A stretch of DNA of 64,000 nucleotides from NCBI GenBank assembly GCA_963666425.2, contig OY762825.2:2720001-2784000 (forward strand). Direction: 5' to 3'. This document shows positions 1 through 9,400 of the stretch, piece by piece; position 1 is the stretch's first letter; each line of letters starts with the position of its first letter. The position numbers and the translations under genes were made by a program. This stretch comes from Bacillota bacterium (lineage in GTDB: Bacteria; Bacillota; JAAYKD01). The notes beneath the pieces are model-generated. The model made no database searches and was not told where the DNA came from. It was given only the letters and a program-made list of their open reading frames with translations.

Positions 1-1
1 A

Positions 2-184
2 ACCATGGTTCCAATTCGTTTTATTGCTCAGGCATTGGGTCAGGCAGTGGAATGGGATTCGAATAGCCAAATGGTTTATATTACTCGATCGGACATTCCC
101 TGGAACTTTGAGCGAGAATTAGAGAAACAAGCAACTTCTGATGTTTCATTGGTTTTATCTCCATTGCTGCGTGACTTTGTGTAA
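2..184 (+). CDS. C-terminal fragment of a copper amine oxidase N-terminal (stalk) domain protein, truncated by the window edge
   Basis: Frame 2 reads TMVPIRFIAQALGQAVEWDSNSQMVYIT...RDFV*. The xxVPxRFIAEALGxxVxWD motif is typical of CAO-N domains. The TAA stop is followed directly by the GGAGG RBS of the next gene. Not in the ORF track. Confidence 0.75.
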   Translation, partial: TMVPIRFIAQALGQAVEWDSNSQMVYITRSDIPWNFERELEKQATSDVSLVLSPLLRDFV

Positions 185-192
185 GGAGGATT

Positions 193-1038
193 GTGCGAAT
201 GAAAAAACTTTCTAGGTTAATTTTGTTTTTTAGTGGATTGATCCTTTTGCTATCATCAAATGTGATGGCAGCAACCGTTACCTTGGGTGGAGTACCAGTG
301 GACGGAAACTTAATCATCAGTCCAGTTGAAGGAAAATATTCCATCACATATACCGAAACATCAGAGAATGAGTTAGCAGCAGATCAACAGATGGTACTTT
401 TAATTGTAAAGGGTGTTTCTACTACCGTTGGAGGTTTGACCATTTCTGCGGATAATATTCGCTATATTGATCAAACATCAGCAACTACAACGAGTGTAAC
501 CTTTAGCAATTTCATTCCAAGCTCCGTACCCAATTGCACGATCCTGCTGGGCGGATTCGCAGATGGAGCAAAAGTCATCGGTTATATTGCAGCGGTCCCG
601 GTCAATATTGGTGGAACGATGAATTTTCTTTCTGGTAGTATTCTACGCGCTGCAACGGTAAAACTGACGGAAAACGGTAATGCTGCCAATGTTTATACGG
701 TTCAAACGAACACCAGCGGTCAATTCACTGTCCCACTTGTGACCGAAGGGTCTTATACGCTGTTGGCGACAGCAGAATCCCATGCGAGTTATACGAAAAC
801 AGCACTAAATGTAACTGACTTGGATCTGAGTGGGATCAATGGGGTTCTTCGTCCGGGAGAATTGACCGGAGATATTAATATTAATTTCTCTGACCTATCA
901 AATTTGCTGGATGATTATAATAAAACGAGAACCACAGCGCTGCGAGTCAATGCCGATATCACCGGTGATAATAATATCAATTTCAGTGATTTGTCCAGTT
1001 TACTCGATAGCTATAACAAATCCGCAATTTCCGAATAA
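193..1038 (+). CDS. Secreted protein with an unknown N-terminal domain, a carboxypeptidase-regulatory-like beta-sandwich and a C-terminal dockerin
   Basis: Signal peptide MRMKKLSRLILFFSGLILLLSSNVMAA. TNTSGQFTVPLVTEGSYTLLA fits a CarboxypepD_reg-like fold. Two duplicated Ca-loop/helix repeats: GELTGDININFSDLSNLLDDYNK and ADITGDNNINFSDLSSLLDSYNK. RBS GGAGG at 185; the start may be ATG 199. Confidence 0.8.
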   Translation: MRMKKLSRLILFFSGLILLLSSNVMAATVTLGGVPVDGNLIISPVEGKYSITYTETSENELAADQQMVLLIVKGVSTTVGGLTISADNIRYIDQTSATTTSVTFSNFIPSSVPNCTILLGGFADGAKVIGYIAAVPVNIGGTMNFLSGSILRAATVKLTENGNAANVYTVQTNTSGQFTVPLVTEGSYTLLATAESHASYTKTALNVTDLDLSGINGVLRPGELTGDININFSDLSNLLDDYNKTRTTALRVNADITGDNNINFSDLSSLLDSYNKSAISE

Positions 1039-1051
1039 AGGAGGAGAGAGA

Positions 1052-4000
1052 ATGAGAAAGAAAATTCTGTTGCTTTTGCTTGTCTTCTTGATGATGCTTT
1101 CCATCACGCCAATCGTTAACGCTGGAACTAACCCTGGACAAGTTAATTTGAAAATGGAGTCTGTTGGAACTACAGGAGCCTATAAGCTTGTGATTTCTGC
1201 AGGTGCGACCAATGGTATTCAAGCTTGTGACGTGATACTTTCCTATGACAATACTATTTTGACACCGATAAGAAAATCTAAAATTCTTGCTGCAACACCT
1301 ATTATTGAAACTGTACCAATCAGCGATGAAGCCGCAGTAGTAACACCATTTAATATTACAGCGATGGATACAGATGATACCCTTTATGCACAAACAACAC
1401 CTTTATGGAAAGTTCATGGATCCAGAACGGCTTTTAGGACTGGTGTTTATATTGCCAGTGCAAGTAGTGTTTCGCAAAGTTTTAGCCTTGATTCGATGTT
1501 TGAAATGTACTTTATTATTGCTAACGGAAAGTCAACTGCAGATTTCAGTAAATCGACGATTAAAATCGAATCTGCATGGGGTACTTCCGATTCTGATTCA
1601 TTCCTAATGGATTATTTTAATGTTCCTGCAGGAGCTTTAGCTGTTAATCAAGCTAATGATATTGCTGGATTAGCGTTAAAACAGGCTAATACGGTATTGC
1701 TTTATAGTAAACAAGCGAATGCAAGCGAAAGTCAAATCGATCTTACATATGACTACCCCAACAGCACAGTGGCTGCTTTAGGCAGTATTACTCTGTCTAC
1801 GCCGCTAAACGTTACAACCATAGATATCCCTGGGAATACAGTAAACACGCCCAACACATTAACCCTTTCAGCGGCAGCGCTTGATACGGAGGGTGATCCC
1901 TATACTTCACCGGTTAGCGGAACATGGTCTCTGGTTGAAGGTTATCCTGCCGGAGTGACTCTGACACCTGGTTCACCGGATGGATTACAGGCAACTCTCT
2001 CAGTTCCGGCCGGCACTTCAATTGGAACCGCGACCGTGAAATTCACGTCCGGTAGTGTGGAAGCGAGCAAAACAATCACAATCCAGAAAGCAGCCTCCGT
2101 AGCTTCCTCCGTCAAGTTGTATAAAGATGCCACACTCTTAACCACAAATTCAGAAACTCTGATTGTTCCTGATCCCGGTTCAGCTGACATGCATCAACTC
2201 TATCAGGCAGAAGTCTATGATCAATATGATGTATTGATGCCGGCTGCCGTTGTGGATTGGACAGCCAGTACCGGAACCAATGTGACTCATTCTCTGGGTG
2301 CAGATAACAAGCAAGTTTATATCGATATTGCCAATGGCGCGCAACCCGGTGGATATCTCCTAAAGGTCAAAGTAGGAAGCACAGAGTTACTGCAGTATAG
2401 CATTCATTCGGTGCGTACTGTCCTGAGCGGCATGTTTGCAGCGATCAGTGATCAAGCTTATACCGGCAGTCAAATCACACCTACTCTTACGAATGGAGTC
2501 GGATCCAATCTGGTATTGAATACTGATTATACCGTTGCTTATGGCAGTAATATCACGGTCGGCAATGGCACAGCTGTTGTAACCGGTATCGGCAACTACA
2601 CCGGCACCGCCACCTTGAATTTTGCGATTACACCGAAAATGCTGACACTTGATGTAAGAGCCAATAACAAAACCTATGATGGCAAGACGACTGGCGAAGG
2701 TGCGGTCAACATTTTAGGTCAAGCCGTTGGCGATGATGTCGCGGTGACCGGAACCTTTACCTTCACTGACGCGAATGCAGCCGATAGTAAGACAGTATTA
2801 GTGACCGGTATTACGCTCTCCGGAGAAGATGCAGCCAATTATACGGTTGCCAGCACCGAAACAACCTCGGCAAATATTGATAAAGCATGGCTGTATGCAA
2901 CGGTCGAAGATGCCAGTAAAGTTTATGGAACTGCCAATCCGGATTTCCCGGTCGCGGTGGCTGGCTTTGTCAATGGTGAGAATGGCAATACAGCAGCCGG
3001 TTATATAGCGCCTACTGCTTCAAGTCTTGCCGACACTACAACACATGTCGGAACAGCAGAGATTGGTATAACGAGTATCGATGCAGCCAATTACCAATTT
3101 GATAGTACGGATAAAGCAACTCTAACAATTACCAAGCGGGCATTGACTGCAACAGCAACCGCCGATAACAAAGATTACGATGGTCTCACGATTTCATCCG
3201 GTTCGATCAGTTTAGCAGGATTTGTCAACGGCGATCTAGGCACAGCAACCGGCAGCTTTGCCTTCAGCGATGCCACTGTTGGGATTGATAAAACTGTAAA
3301 TGTCTCGAATATTGTTCTGGATGAAGTATCAGCTGCCAATTATACCGTCAATACTTCCGCAGCAGCAACGGCCACGATCAGCAAAGCGAAGTTGACTGCC
3401 ACCGTAGAAGATTCAAGTAAAATCTATGGTTCAGTCAATCCGACTTTCCCGGTTACGGTGACTGGCTTTGCAAGCGGTGAGTCAGCAGTGAATGCGGCAA
3501 ACTATACTGCACCTACTGCTTCGAGTTCTGCTGATACAACAACAATCGTAGGAACAACACCGGCTATTACGATAAGCGGTGGAGCAGCGACCAACTATTT
3601 CTTTGATATCGCTGATACAGCCATATTGTCGATCACTCCCAAGTTATTGACTGCTACGGCGACAGCCAACGACAAAGTCTATGATGGCAAAACGGATGCA
3701 ACGGGAACGATCAGTCTCGCAGGCACGATTAACAATGATGTTGTGACAGTAAGCGGAACCTTCCAGTTTGCTAACAAAAATGTAGATCATTTAGGAAATG
3801 CTATGACTGTGAATGTCTCAGGCATTACGCTTGGCGGAGCAAATGCAGCGAATTATACCGTCAATACGGAAACAGTGACCAGTGCGATGATCACAAGAGC
3901 GGTGCTGATCGCAACCGTGGGTGATTACAGCCGCGAATATGGCGCGTTAAATCCCGATTTCAGTGTCACTGTAGAAGGATTTGTCGGTGGAGACACTGCA

Positions 4001-7000
4001 CAAACCGATGCAGATTATTCCGCGCCAGCCGCAGGAACCGGTGCGAATTTAGAGACCGGTATCGGACCAGTTGAAATTACCATCAGCGGCGGTACTTCCT
4101 GGAACTATAGCTTCAATAACAGCGACAAGGGGACATTAACCGTCACAGCCAAAGCTCTGACTGCGACAGCCACTGCCGTAAATAAAGAATACGATGGTTT
4201 GATTTCTGCCAGCGGAAACATTGTTTTAGCTGGTTTGGTTAATAATGATCCGGTTGTTGCTTCCGGCAACTTTACCTTTGATTCACCGAATGCGGCAGCA
4301 AGCAAGACGGTTAATGTTCATGGAATCACACTAAACGGTATCAACAGCGGAAATTATACCGTCAATCTATCTGCCACCACAACAGCCGCTATTACGAAAG
4401 CTCCCCTGACAGCTACTGTTGGCAACTACTCGAAAATTTACAGAGAAAACAATCCCGCTTTTACTGTTGATGTGACCGGATTTGTCAATGGCGAAAACAG
4501 CACAGCGGCGGGATATCAGGCACCGACAGCGATTTGTTCCGCAAATGCCAGCTCCAACGTGGGTGACTACACAATCAGCCTGATTGGCGGAGCAGCCGAG
4601 AATTACAGTTTCAATACCAGCGATACCGCTACCTTGACGATAAATAGAAAATCACTGAACAACGTGCAGGTAGATGCTATTGCCGACCAAGCCTATACGG
4701 GAAGCACAATTAACCCAACGGTTGTCGTCACAGATGGGCTTAACACACTTAATTTAGCAGCCGATTACTCCGTTCAATACGGCGCTGCAATCGATGTCGG
4801 CTCGGTCGCCATCACAATTACCGGTTTGAATAACTACATCGATAATACCGGAGTATCCTTCAATATTGTCAAAGCTCCGTATACCGCCGGTTTGACTAAA
4901 ACGAGTCTGGTTGTCAGCAATACAGCTGCAATTGGTAAGTCATACAACCTGGGCGGACAGTTGACGGCTGGTTTCAAGGATGTCGTCTACAGTTCACTGC
5001 AATATACGGGCAATGAAGCCGGTTTGTTGACCGGTGTACCATCCATCTCGTCAGAGGGTATGATTACCTACGATGTGTCAGCCAAAACCAAAAACACGAG
5101 CGGTGTCATCAGCGTTGTTGTCAGCAGTAAGAATTATGCGGATGTAACTGCATTGATTACGATTCAGGTGACCGATGTGGTTCCCACCTGGACCCCTGTC
5201 GACACCTTAATCTCCGGTGCCGCCTATACCTATGGTGATATGAACGGAAAGGTTGCTTTACCTGCCTCCGGTTCTGCTGTAGCAGGCGATGTGACTGTCG
5301 AAGGAACCTTTACCTATAAAGATGCCTCTGTTGTTCAATCCCAAGGCGCAAAAATGATCACGGTGATCTTTACAGTCAGCAGCGCAGGCAACTATTTTGC
5401 TACAGAAGTTGAAAAAGATTACAATATCACGATTGCCGCAAAACCGATTACCGTGACTGCGGATCATCAAAGCCAGTATTATGGCGAAGTAAATCCGACC
5501 CTCACCTTTACTCACAATCCTGCCGACTTGGTTGGTAGTGATACAAAAGCGACACTGGCAGCGGGCTTAAGCTTAGTCTATCAGCCGGTAACCGATTATG
5601 CTGCCGGTGCTGTTGTGGCAATTAACGGCCAGGATAATAACAGCAGCGATAATTACGCAATTACAGTCACTTCGGGCAGCCTGACCATTCAGAAAGCGGA
5701 TATCAGCAGCATTACCACCGCGAATCCTGCGCTTGGTATTCTGGCAAACGACGCCAGCAATACTACACTGGATACTCTAAAGAGTTTGTTGCCTGCCAAT
5801 GTGGATATTGCCTTCGGTACTGCCGGCACAGCGACCTTACCGATCACTTGGGCTTACACCGCCAATCCGGTCTTCAACGTGAAAGGTGCGGTTTATACGC
5901 TGAATGGCAGCGTCACTCCGGGAACCAACTTCAATGCGTATACCAACCCCTATACCGCCAGCATCACGGTGACACCGGTGATTGGTACAGTAACAACCAA
6001 CCTGCCTCTTTCCGTCACGGTGGCGCAGGCTACAGCGAACGCCGCCGATGCCTATGATGATTTTGGCTTGCCGACGTCGCTGAGCTTCAGCTTCGATCAG
6101 AGCGTAACTGCGGCAACCTACACGAATTTACTTTGGGATAAAACAGTGTCCACGCTGAAAGCAATCCCTGTAGAAAGTCAAACAGTTATCACAATGGTTC
6201 AAGGAAATGCAACCGGTAATGTCCCAACCTGGATTACCTTAACATCTCCTGTGGCGATTACGGTAAAAGTAACGGCAAAACTGGTCATCCCGGAAGCGAG
6301 CATCAGCTTAACACCTGCGGTGATCACTTATGGCGATACTTATACGCCTACCGCAAGCTTAACCGGCAGTTATGGCGACACGACACCGGCAGTCACTTAC
6401 AGTTACCAAAATGCCAGCGGCACAGCGCTCGCTGCGCAGCCAAGCAATGCCGGCAACTATTATGTGACGGCCACCTATGAGAACGCCACGCACAAAGGCA
6501 GCAAGCAAGTCAGTTTGACGATCAATGCCAAACCGTTAACGCTGGCCATGTTCGAAGTGCTTCCTGCAGTCACTTACACCGGCAATCAATTCAGACCGGA
6601 GCCGGTCGTGGCAGCAGGTGCATCTCTAGTCAAAGACACCGATTATCTGGTAACCTATGCCGCCAATCTCCAGGTTGGTGCGGGAACCGTGACGGTAACC
6701 GGCAATGGCAATTACTCCGGCAGCGTCGATTTAACCTTTGCGATCAATATCAGACCGATTACGGCAGATCTTTTTACTGCGCTTCCGGCTGTGACTTATC
6801 AAGGCAGTCAGTTTACACCGGACCCGATTCAGGCGAACGGTTATGCGTTGGTTAAAAATACCGATTACACCCTCTCATACGGCGCCAACCTCAATGCCGG
6901 TGTGGGCAGCGTGATTGTAAGCGGCGGGGCGAATTGCTCAGGCAGTGCGACTTTAACCTTTACAATCAATCCGGCAGCAATCAGCTCGGTTATGTTTAAT

Positions 7001-9199
7001 ACACTGGGCAATGAAACGTATACCAGAAACCAAATTACACCGCTGCCAACTGTCGCAGCAGGCTATAGTCTAGTGAAAGATACGGATTATACCCTGAGCT
7101 ATACCGCTAATACCAATATTGGCAGCGGGACGGTGACGGTGACCGGTATCAACAACTATAGCGGCAGTTTTAACCTTGGCTTTACCATCTTACCGCAAAG
7201 TATTACCTCCGCCATGTTCCAGGCTATTCCGGCTGTCACTTATACCGGCACAGCTATCACTCCCGATCCGTCCGTTGCCGCTGGTTATACTTTAGTAAAG
7301 AATACTGATTATCAGCTGGCTTATACCGCCAATACCAATGCCGGCACCGGCAGCGTTACGGTGAGCGGGATCGGCAATTACACCGGAAGTATCGTGCTGA
7401 ACTTTACGATTCAGCCGGCACCGCTGCAGTCAACTATGTTCCAAACCCTTGCAGATGCCGCTTATACCGGCCTGCAGATCAAACCGGAGCCGCTCGTTGC
7501 TGTTGGTTCTGCTTTGCAGAAGACAAGAGATTATGTGTTGACTTATGCGGCCAACCTATTACCGGGCGGAGCAATCGTTACGGTCAGCGGTACTGGCAAC
7601 TACAGCGGCAGTGTTGATTTACCCTTTACCATTACGGTCAGAGTTCTGACAGCAGACATGTTCAGACCGATTGCCACACGAATTTATAACACACATCAGC
7701 AGACACCCGAACCGGTCACCGTAGAAGGTTATGCGCTCGTCAAAGACACGGATTACAGCGTCAGCTTTGGAGAGAATCTGCGTGTTGGGACTGGCACCGT
7801 TACGGTGACGGCAATTGAACCCGGAAATTGCAGCGGCAGTGTGGTTCTCAGCTTCAGAATCGAAGAAGAGGATTTAACTCCTGTTGTCCCGGTCACCCCG
7901 CCTGTCATCCCGCCGGTTACTCCTCCCGTCACCCCACCTGTTGAAAACCCGATTGTCGTCTTCGTCAATGGTCAGGATCGACCGGTTGGAGCCTTGACTA
8001 CAGAAACGACACCAGCAGGCAACACAGAACAAACCATCACGATCAATGATACCGAAATGAATACCGCCTTAACAGATACTGCCAATGGTGCAACCATCAC
8101 GCTGCCCTTTACGGAGCCATCCGCTGCTTATATCAGCACATTGAACGGACAAACAGTCAGCAGCATGGAACAAAGAGAAGCCGTCTTGGAAATCAGAACA
8201 GAGAATGTGACTTACACCATACCGGCGTCCGAAATCAATATTGACAGTATTTCGAGTCAGCTCGGTCAGCAAGTGGAGCTGAGAGATATTCAGGTATCCA
8301 TCAGCATCACAGAATCGTCAGCCGAAACCGCCAGAATTGTAGAGGATACGGCCAACAGAAACCATTATAGTGTGGTTGTGCAGCCAGTCGATTTCGAAAT
8401 TACCTGCACAAGCGGTACTACTACCGTTGATGTATCTCGTTTCAATGCCTATGTGGAAAGATTGATTGCGATTCCGGATGGTATTGATCCTTCCAGAATT
8501 ACCACCGGTATTGTGCTGAACAGTGATGGAACCTTCAGTCATGTGCCTACCACCATCGTTAATATCGGCGGCAAATACTTTGCCAAGATCAATTCCCTGA
8601 CCAATTCTACCTATTCAGTCATCTATAGTCCGGTTACCTTTGGCGATACTGCCGGTCATTGGGCAGTCGATGCGATCCAGAACATGGGTTCCCGTTTGAT
8701 CGTATCCGGCATGGGCGATGGCAACTACGAACCAAACAGAGCGATCACCCGCGCAGAATTTGCTGCCATCCTGGTTAGAGCCTTGGGATTGCAAAGAGCT
8801 GCCGGTGTGACCAATTTCCCGGATGTGGCGAGTACAGACTGGTTTGCCGGTTCTGTGCAGACTGCAGTGGAATATGGTCTGATTGCCGGTTATGACAATG
8901 GCAAATTCGGCCCGCTCGATAATATCACCCGCGAACAGGCGATGACGATGATTGCCAGAGCGATGAAGTTGACCCAACTGCAGGCAGATTTCTCAACAGA
9001 AGAAATCACTGCCGTTTTGGCTGGCTTTACCGATGCAGCCGAGACGTTTGACTACGCCAAAGCCGGAATCGCCGCCTGCGTGAAAAATGGTATCGTGTCC
9101 GGCCGCAGTGCAGCTATTCTTGCTCCGAAAGCCAGCATCACACGTGCGGAAGTTGCTGTGATCATTGAGCAATTGCTGCAGGAAAGCAATCTGATTTAG
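1052..9199 (+). CDS. Giant (~2715 aa) SLH-anchored surface protein: cohesin-like N-domain, Ig-like domains, YDG/MBG repeats, 74-aa tandem repeats, PVTPP linker, C-terminal SLH domains
   Basis: RBS AAGGAGG precedes ATG 1052 (MRKKILLLLLVFLMMLSITPIVNA signal peptide). GIQACDVILSYDNTILTP resembles a cohesin strand motif. The C-terminal FGDTAGHWA...ITRAEFAAIL...ITREQA...ITRAEVAVII segments are three SLH repeats. Confidence 0.85.
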   Translation: MRKKILLLLLVFLMMLSITPIVNAGTNPGQVNLKMESVGTTGAYKLVISAGATNGIQACDVILSYDNTILTPIRKSKILAATPIIETVPISDEAAVVTPFNITAMDTDDTLYAQTTPLWKVHGSRTAFRTGVYIASASSVSQSFSLDSMFEMYFIIANGKSTADFSKSTIKIESAWGTSDSDSFLMDYFNVPAGALAVNQANDIAGLALKQANTVLLYSKQANASESQIDLTYDYPNSTVAALGSITLSTPLNVTTIDIPGNTVNTPNTLTLSAAALDTEGDPYTSPVSGTWSLVEGYPAGVTLTPGSPDGLQATLSVPAGTSIGTATVKFTSGSVEASKTITIQKAASVASSVKLYKDATLLTTNSETLIVPDPGSADMHQLYQAEVYDQYDVLMPAAVVDWTASTGTNVTHSLGADNKQVYIDIANGAQPGGYLLKVKVGSTELLQYSIHSVRTVLSGMFAAISDQAYTGSQITPTLTNGVGSNLVLNTDYTVAYGSNITVGNGTAVVTGIGNYTGTATLNFAITPKMLTLDVRANNKTYDGKTTGEGAVNILGQAVGDDVAVTGTFTFTDANAADSKTVLVTGITLSGEDAANYTVASTETTSANIDKAWLYATVEDASKVYGTANPDFPVAVAGFVNGENGNTAAGYIAPTASSLADTTTHVGTAEIGITSIDAANYQFDSTDKATLTITKRALTATATADNKDYDGLTISSGSISLAGFVNGDLGTATGSFAFSDATVGIDKTVNVSNIVLDEVSAANYTVNTSAAATATISKAKLTATVEDSSKIYGSVNPTFPVTVTGFASGESAVNAANYTAPTASSSADTTTIVGTTPAITISGGAATNYFFDIADTAILSITPKLLTATATANDKVYDGKTDATGTISLAGTINNDVVTVSGTFQFANKNVDHLGNAMTVNVSGITLGGANAANYTVNTETVTSAMITRAVLIATVGDYSREYGALNPDFSVTVEGFVGGDTAQTDADYSAPAAGTGANLETGIGPVEITISGGTSWNYSFNNSDKGTLTVTAKALTATATAVNKEYDGLISASGNIVLAGLVNNDPVVASGNFTFDSPNAAASKTVNVHGITLNGINSGNYTVNLSATTTAAITKAPLTATVGNYSKIYRENNPAFTVDVTGFVNGENSTAAGYQAPTAICSANASSNVGDYTISLIGGAAENYSFNTSDTATLTINRKSLNNVQVDAIADQAYTGSTINPTVVVTDGLNTLNLAADYSVQYGAAIDVGSVAITITGLNNYIDNTGVSFNIVKAPYTAGLTKTSLVVSNTAAIGKSYNLGGQLTAGFKDVVYSSLQYTGNEAGLLTGVPSISSEGMITYDVSAKTKNTSGVISVVVSSKNYADVTALITIQVTDVVPTWTPVDTLISGAAYTYGDMNGKVALPASGSAVAGDVTVEGTFTYKDASVVQSQGAKMITVIFTVSSAGNYFATEVEKDYNITIAAKPITVTADHQSQYYGEVNPTLTFTHNPADLVGSDTKATLAAGLSLVYQPVTDYAAGAVVAINGQDNNSSDNYAITVTSGSLTIQKADISSITTANPALGILANDASNTTLDTLKSLLPANVDIAFGTAGTATLPITWAYTANPVFNVKGAVYTLNGSVTPGTNFNAYTNPYTASITVTPVIGTVTTNLPLSVTVAQATANAADAYDDFGLPTSLSFSFDQSVTAATYTNLLWDKTVSTLKAIPVESQTVITMVQGNATGNVPTWITLTSPVAITVKVTAKLVIPEASISLTPAVITYGDTYTPTASLTGSYGDTTPAVTYSYQNASGTALAAQPSNAGNYYVTATYENATHKGSKQVSLTINAKPLTLAMFEVLPAVTYTGNQFRPEPVVAAGASLVKDTDYLVTYAANLQVGAGTVTVTGNGNYSGSVDLTFAINIRPITADLFTALPAVTYQGSQFTPDPIQANGYALVKNTDYTLSYGANLNAGVGSVIVSGGANCSGSATLTFTINPAAISSVMFNTLGNETYTRNQITPLPTVAAGYSLVKDTDYTLSYTANTNIGSGTVTVTGINNYSGSFNLGFTILPQSITSAMFQAIPAVTYTGTAITPDPSVAAGYTLVKNTDYQLAYTANTNAGTGSVTVSGIGNYTGSIVLNFTIQPAPLQSTMFQTLADAAYTGLQIKPEPLVAVGSALQKTRDYVLTYAANLLPGGAIVTVSGTGNYSGSVDLPFTITVRVLTADMFRPIATRIYNTHQQTPEPVTVEGYALVKDTDYSVSFGENLRVGTGTVTVTAIEPGNCSGSVVLSFRIEEEDLTPVVPVTPPVIPPVTPPVTPPVENPIVVFVNGQDRPVGALTTETTPAGNTEQTITINDTEMNTALTDTANGATITLPFTEPSAAYISTLNGQTVSSMEQREAVLEIRTENVTYTIPASEINIDSISSQLGQQVELRDIQVSISITESSAETARIVEDTANRNHYSVVVQPVDFEITCTSGTTTVDVSRFNAYVERLIAIPDGIDPSRITTGIVLNSDGTFSHVPTTIVNIGGKYFAKINSLTNSTYSVIYSPVTFGDTAGHWAVDAIQNMGSRLIVSGMGDGNYEPNRAITRAEFAAILVRALGLQRAAGVTNFPDVASTDWFAGSVQTAVEYGLIAGYDNGKFGPLDNITREQAMTMIARAMKLTQLQADFSTEEITAVLAGFTDAAETFDYAKAGIAACVKNGIVSGRSAAILAPKASITRAEVAVIIEQLLQESNLI
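2630..4645 (+). repeat. Four alternating YDG + MBG-like domain pairs within the giant surface protein
   Basis: KTYDG/KVYGTANP, KDYDG/KIYGSVNP, KVYDG/REYGALNP and KEYDG/KIYRENNP recur with a period of about 0.5 kb. Boundaries are approximate. Confidence 0.75.
6530..7865 (+). repeat. Six tandem 74-aa (222-nt) Ig-like repeats
   Basis: The unit YTGxxxxPxP...LVKxTDYxLxYxAN...GxGxVTVxGxGNYSGSxxLxFxI repeats six times. Equivalent codons at 6569, 6791 and 7013 are exactly 222 nt apart. Confidence 0.85.
7877..7945 (+). repeat. Pro/Val/Thr-rich linker (PVTPP repeats)
   Basis: TPVVPVTPPVIPPVTPPVTPPVE lies between the stalk and the SLH-proximal region. Confidence 0.8.
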
Positions 9200-9210
9200 G
9201 TCAATCATAA

Positions 9211-9288
9211 AAGAAAGGCTCCTCATCCGGTCATGGCAGTAACCAGCATCTGCCAAGACCGCAGGGGGAGCCTTTCTTCATCTTTTTA
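9211..9288 (+). terminator. Long intrinsic terminator of the surface operon
   Basis: AAGAAAGGCTCC/GGAGCCTTTCTT outer stem with an inner GGTCATGGCAG/CTGCCAAGACC stem, followed by a T-rich tract. Confidence 0.7.
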
Positions 9289-9400
9289 GCGAATTGTTTG
9301 TCCAAACGGCTTATTTCTTGCCAAAGGAAGGAAAGAATCAGGGCAAAGACGAATCATGATAGCATTGGAATCTATAAAAAAGAGTAGGAGTGGATTTGAT

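Noticed and set aside
911-1051. ORF-track N-terminal extension of the giant protein
   Set aside because: It overlaps the dockerin coding region in another frame. The RBS and signal peptide point to ATG 1052.
6530-7865. CRISPR array or other DNA-level repeat array
   Set aside because: The repeats are in-frame, diverged protein domains with no spacers, and there are no cas genes.
193-9199. Classical cellulosome scaffoldin
   Set aside because: Only one cohesin-like module is visible and there is no CBM or glycoside hydrolase gene in the window.
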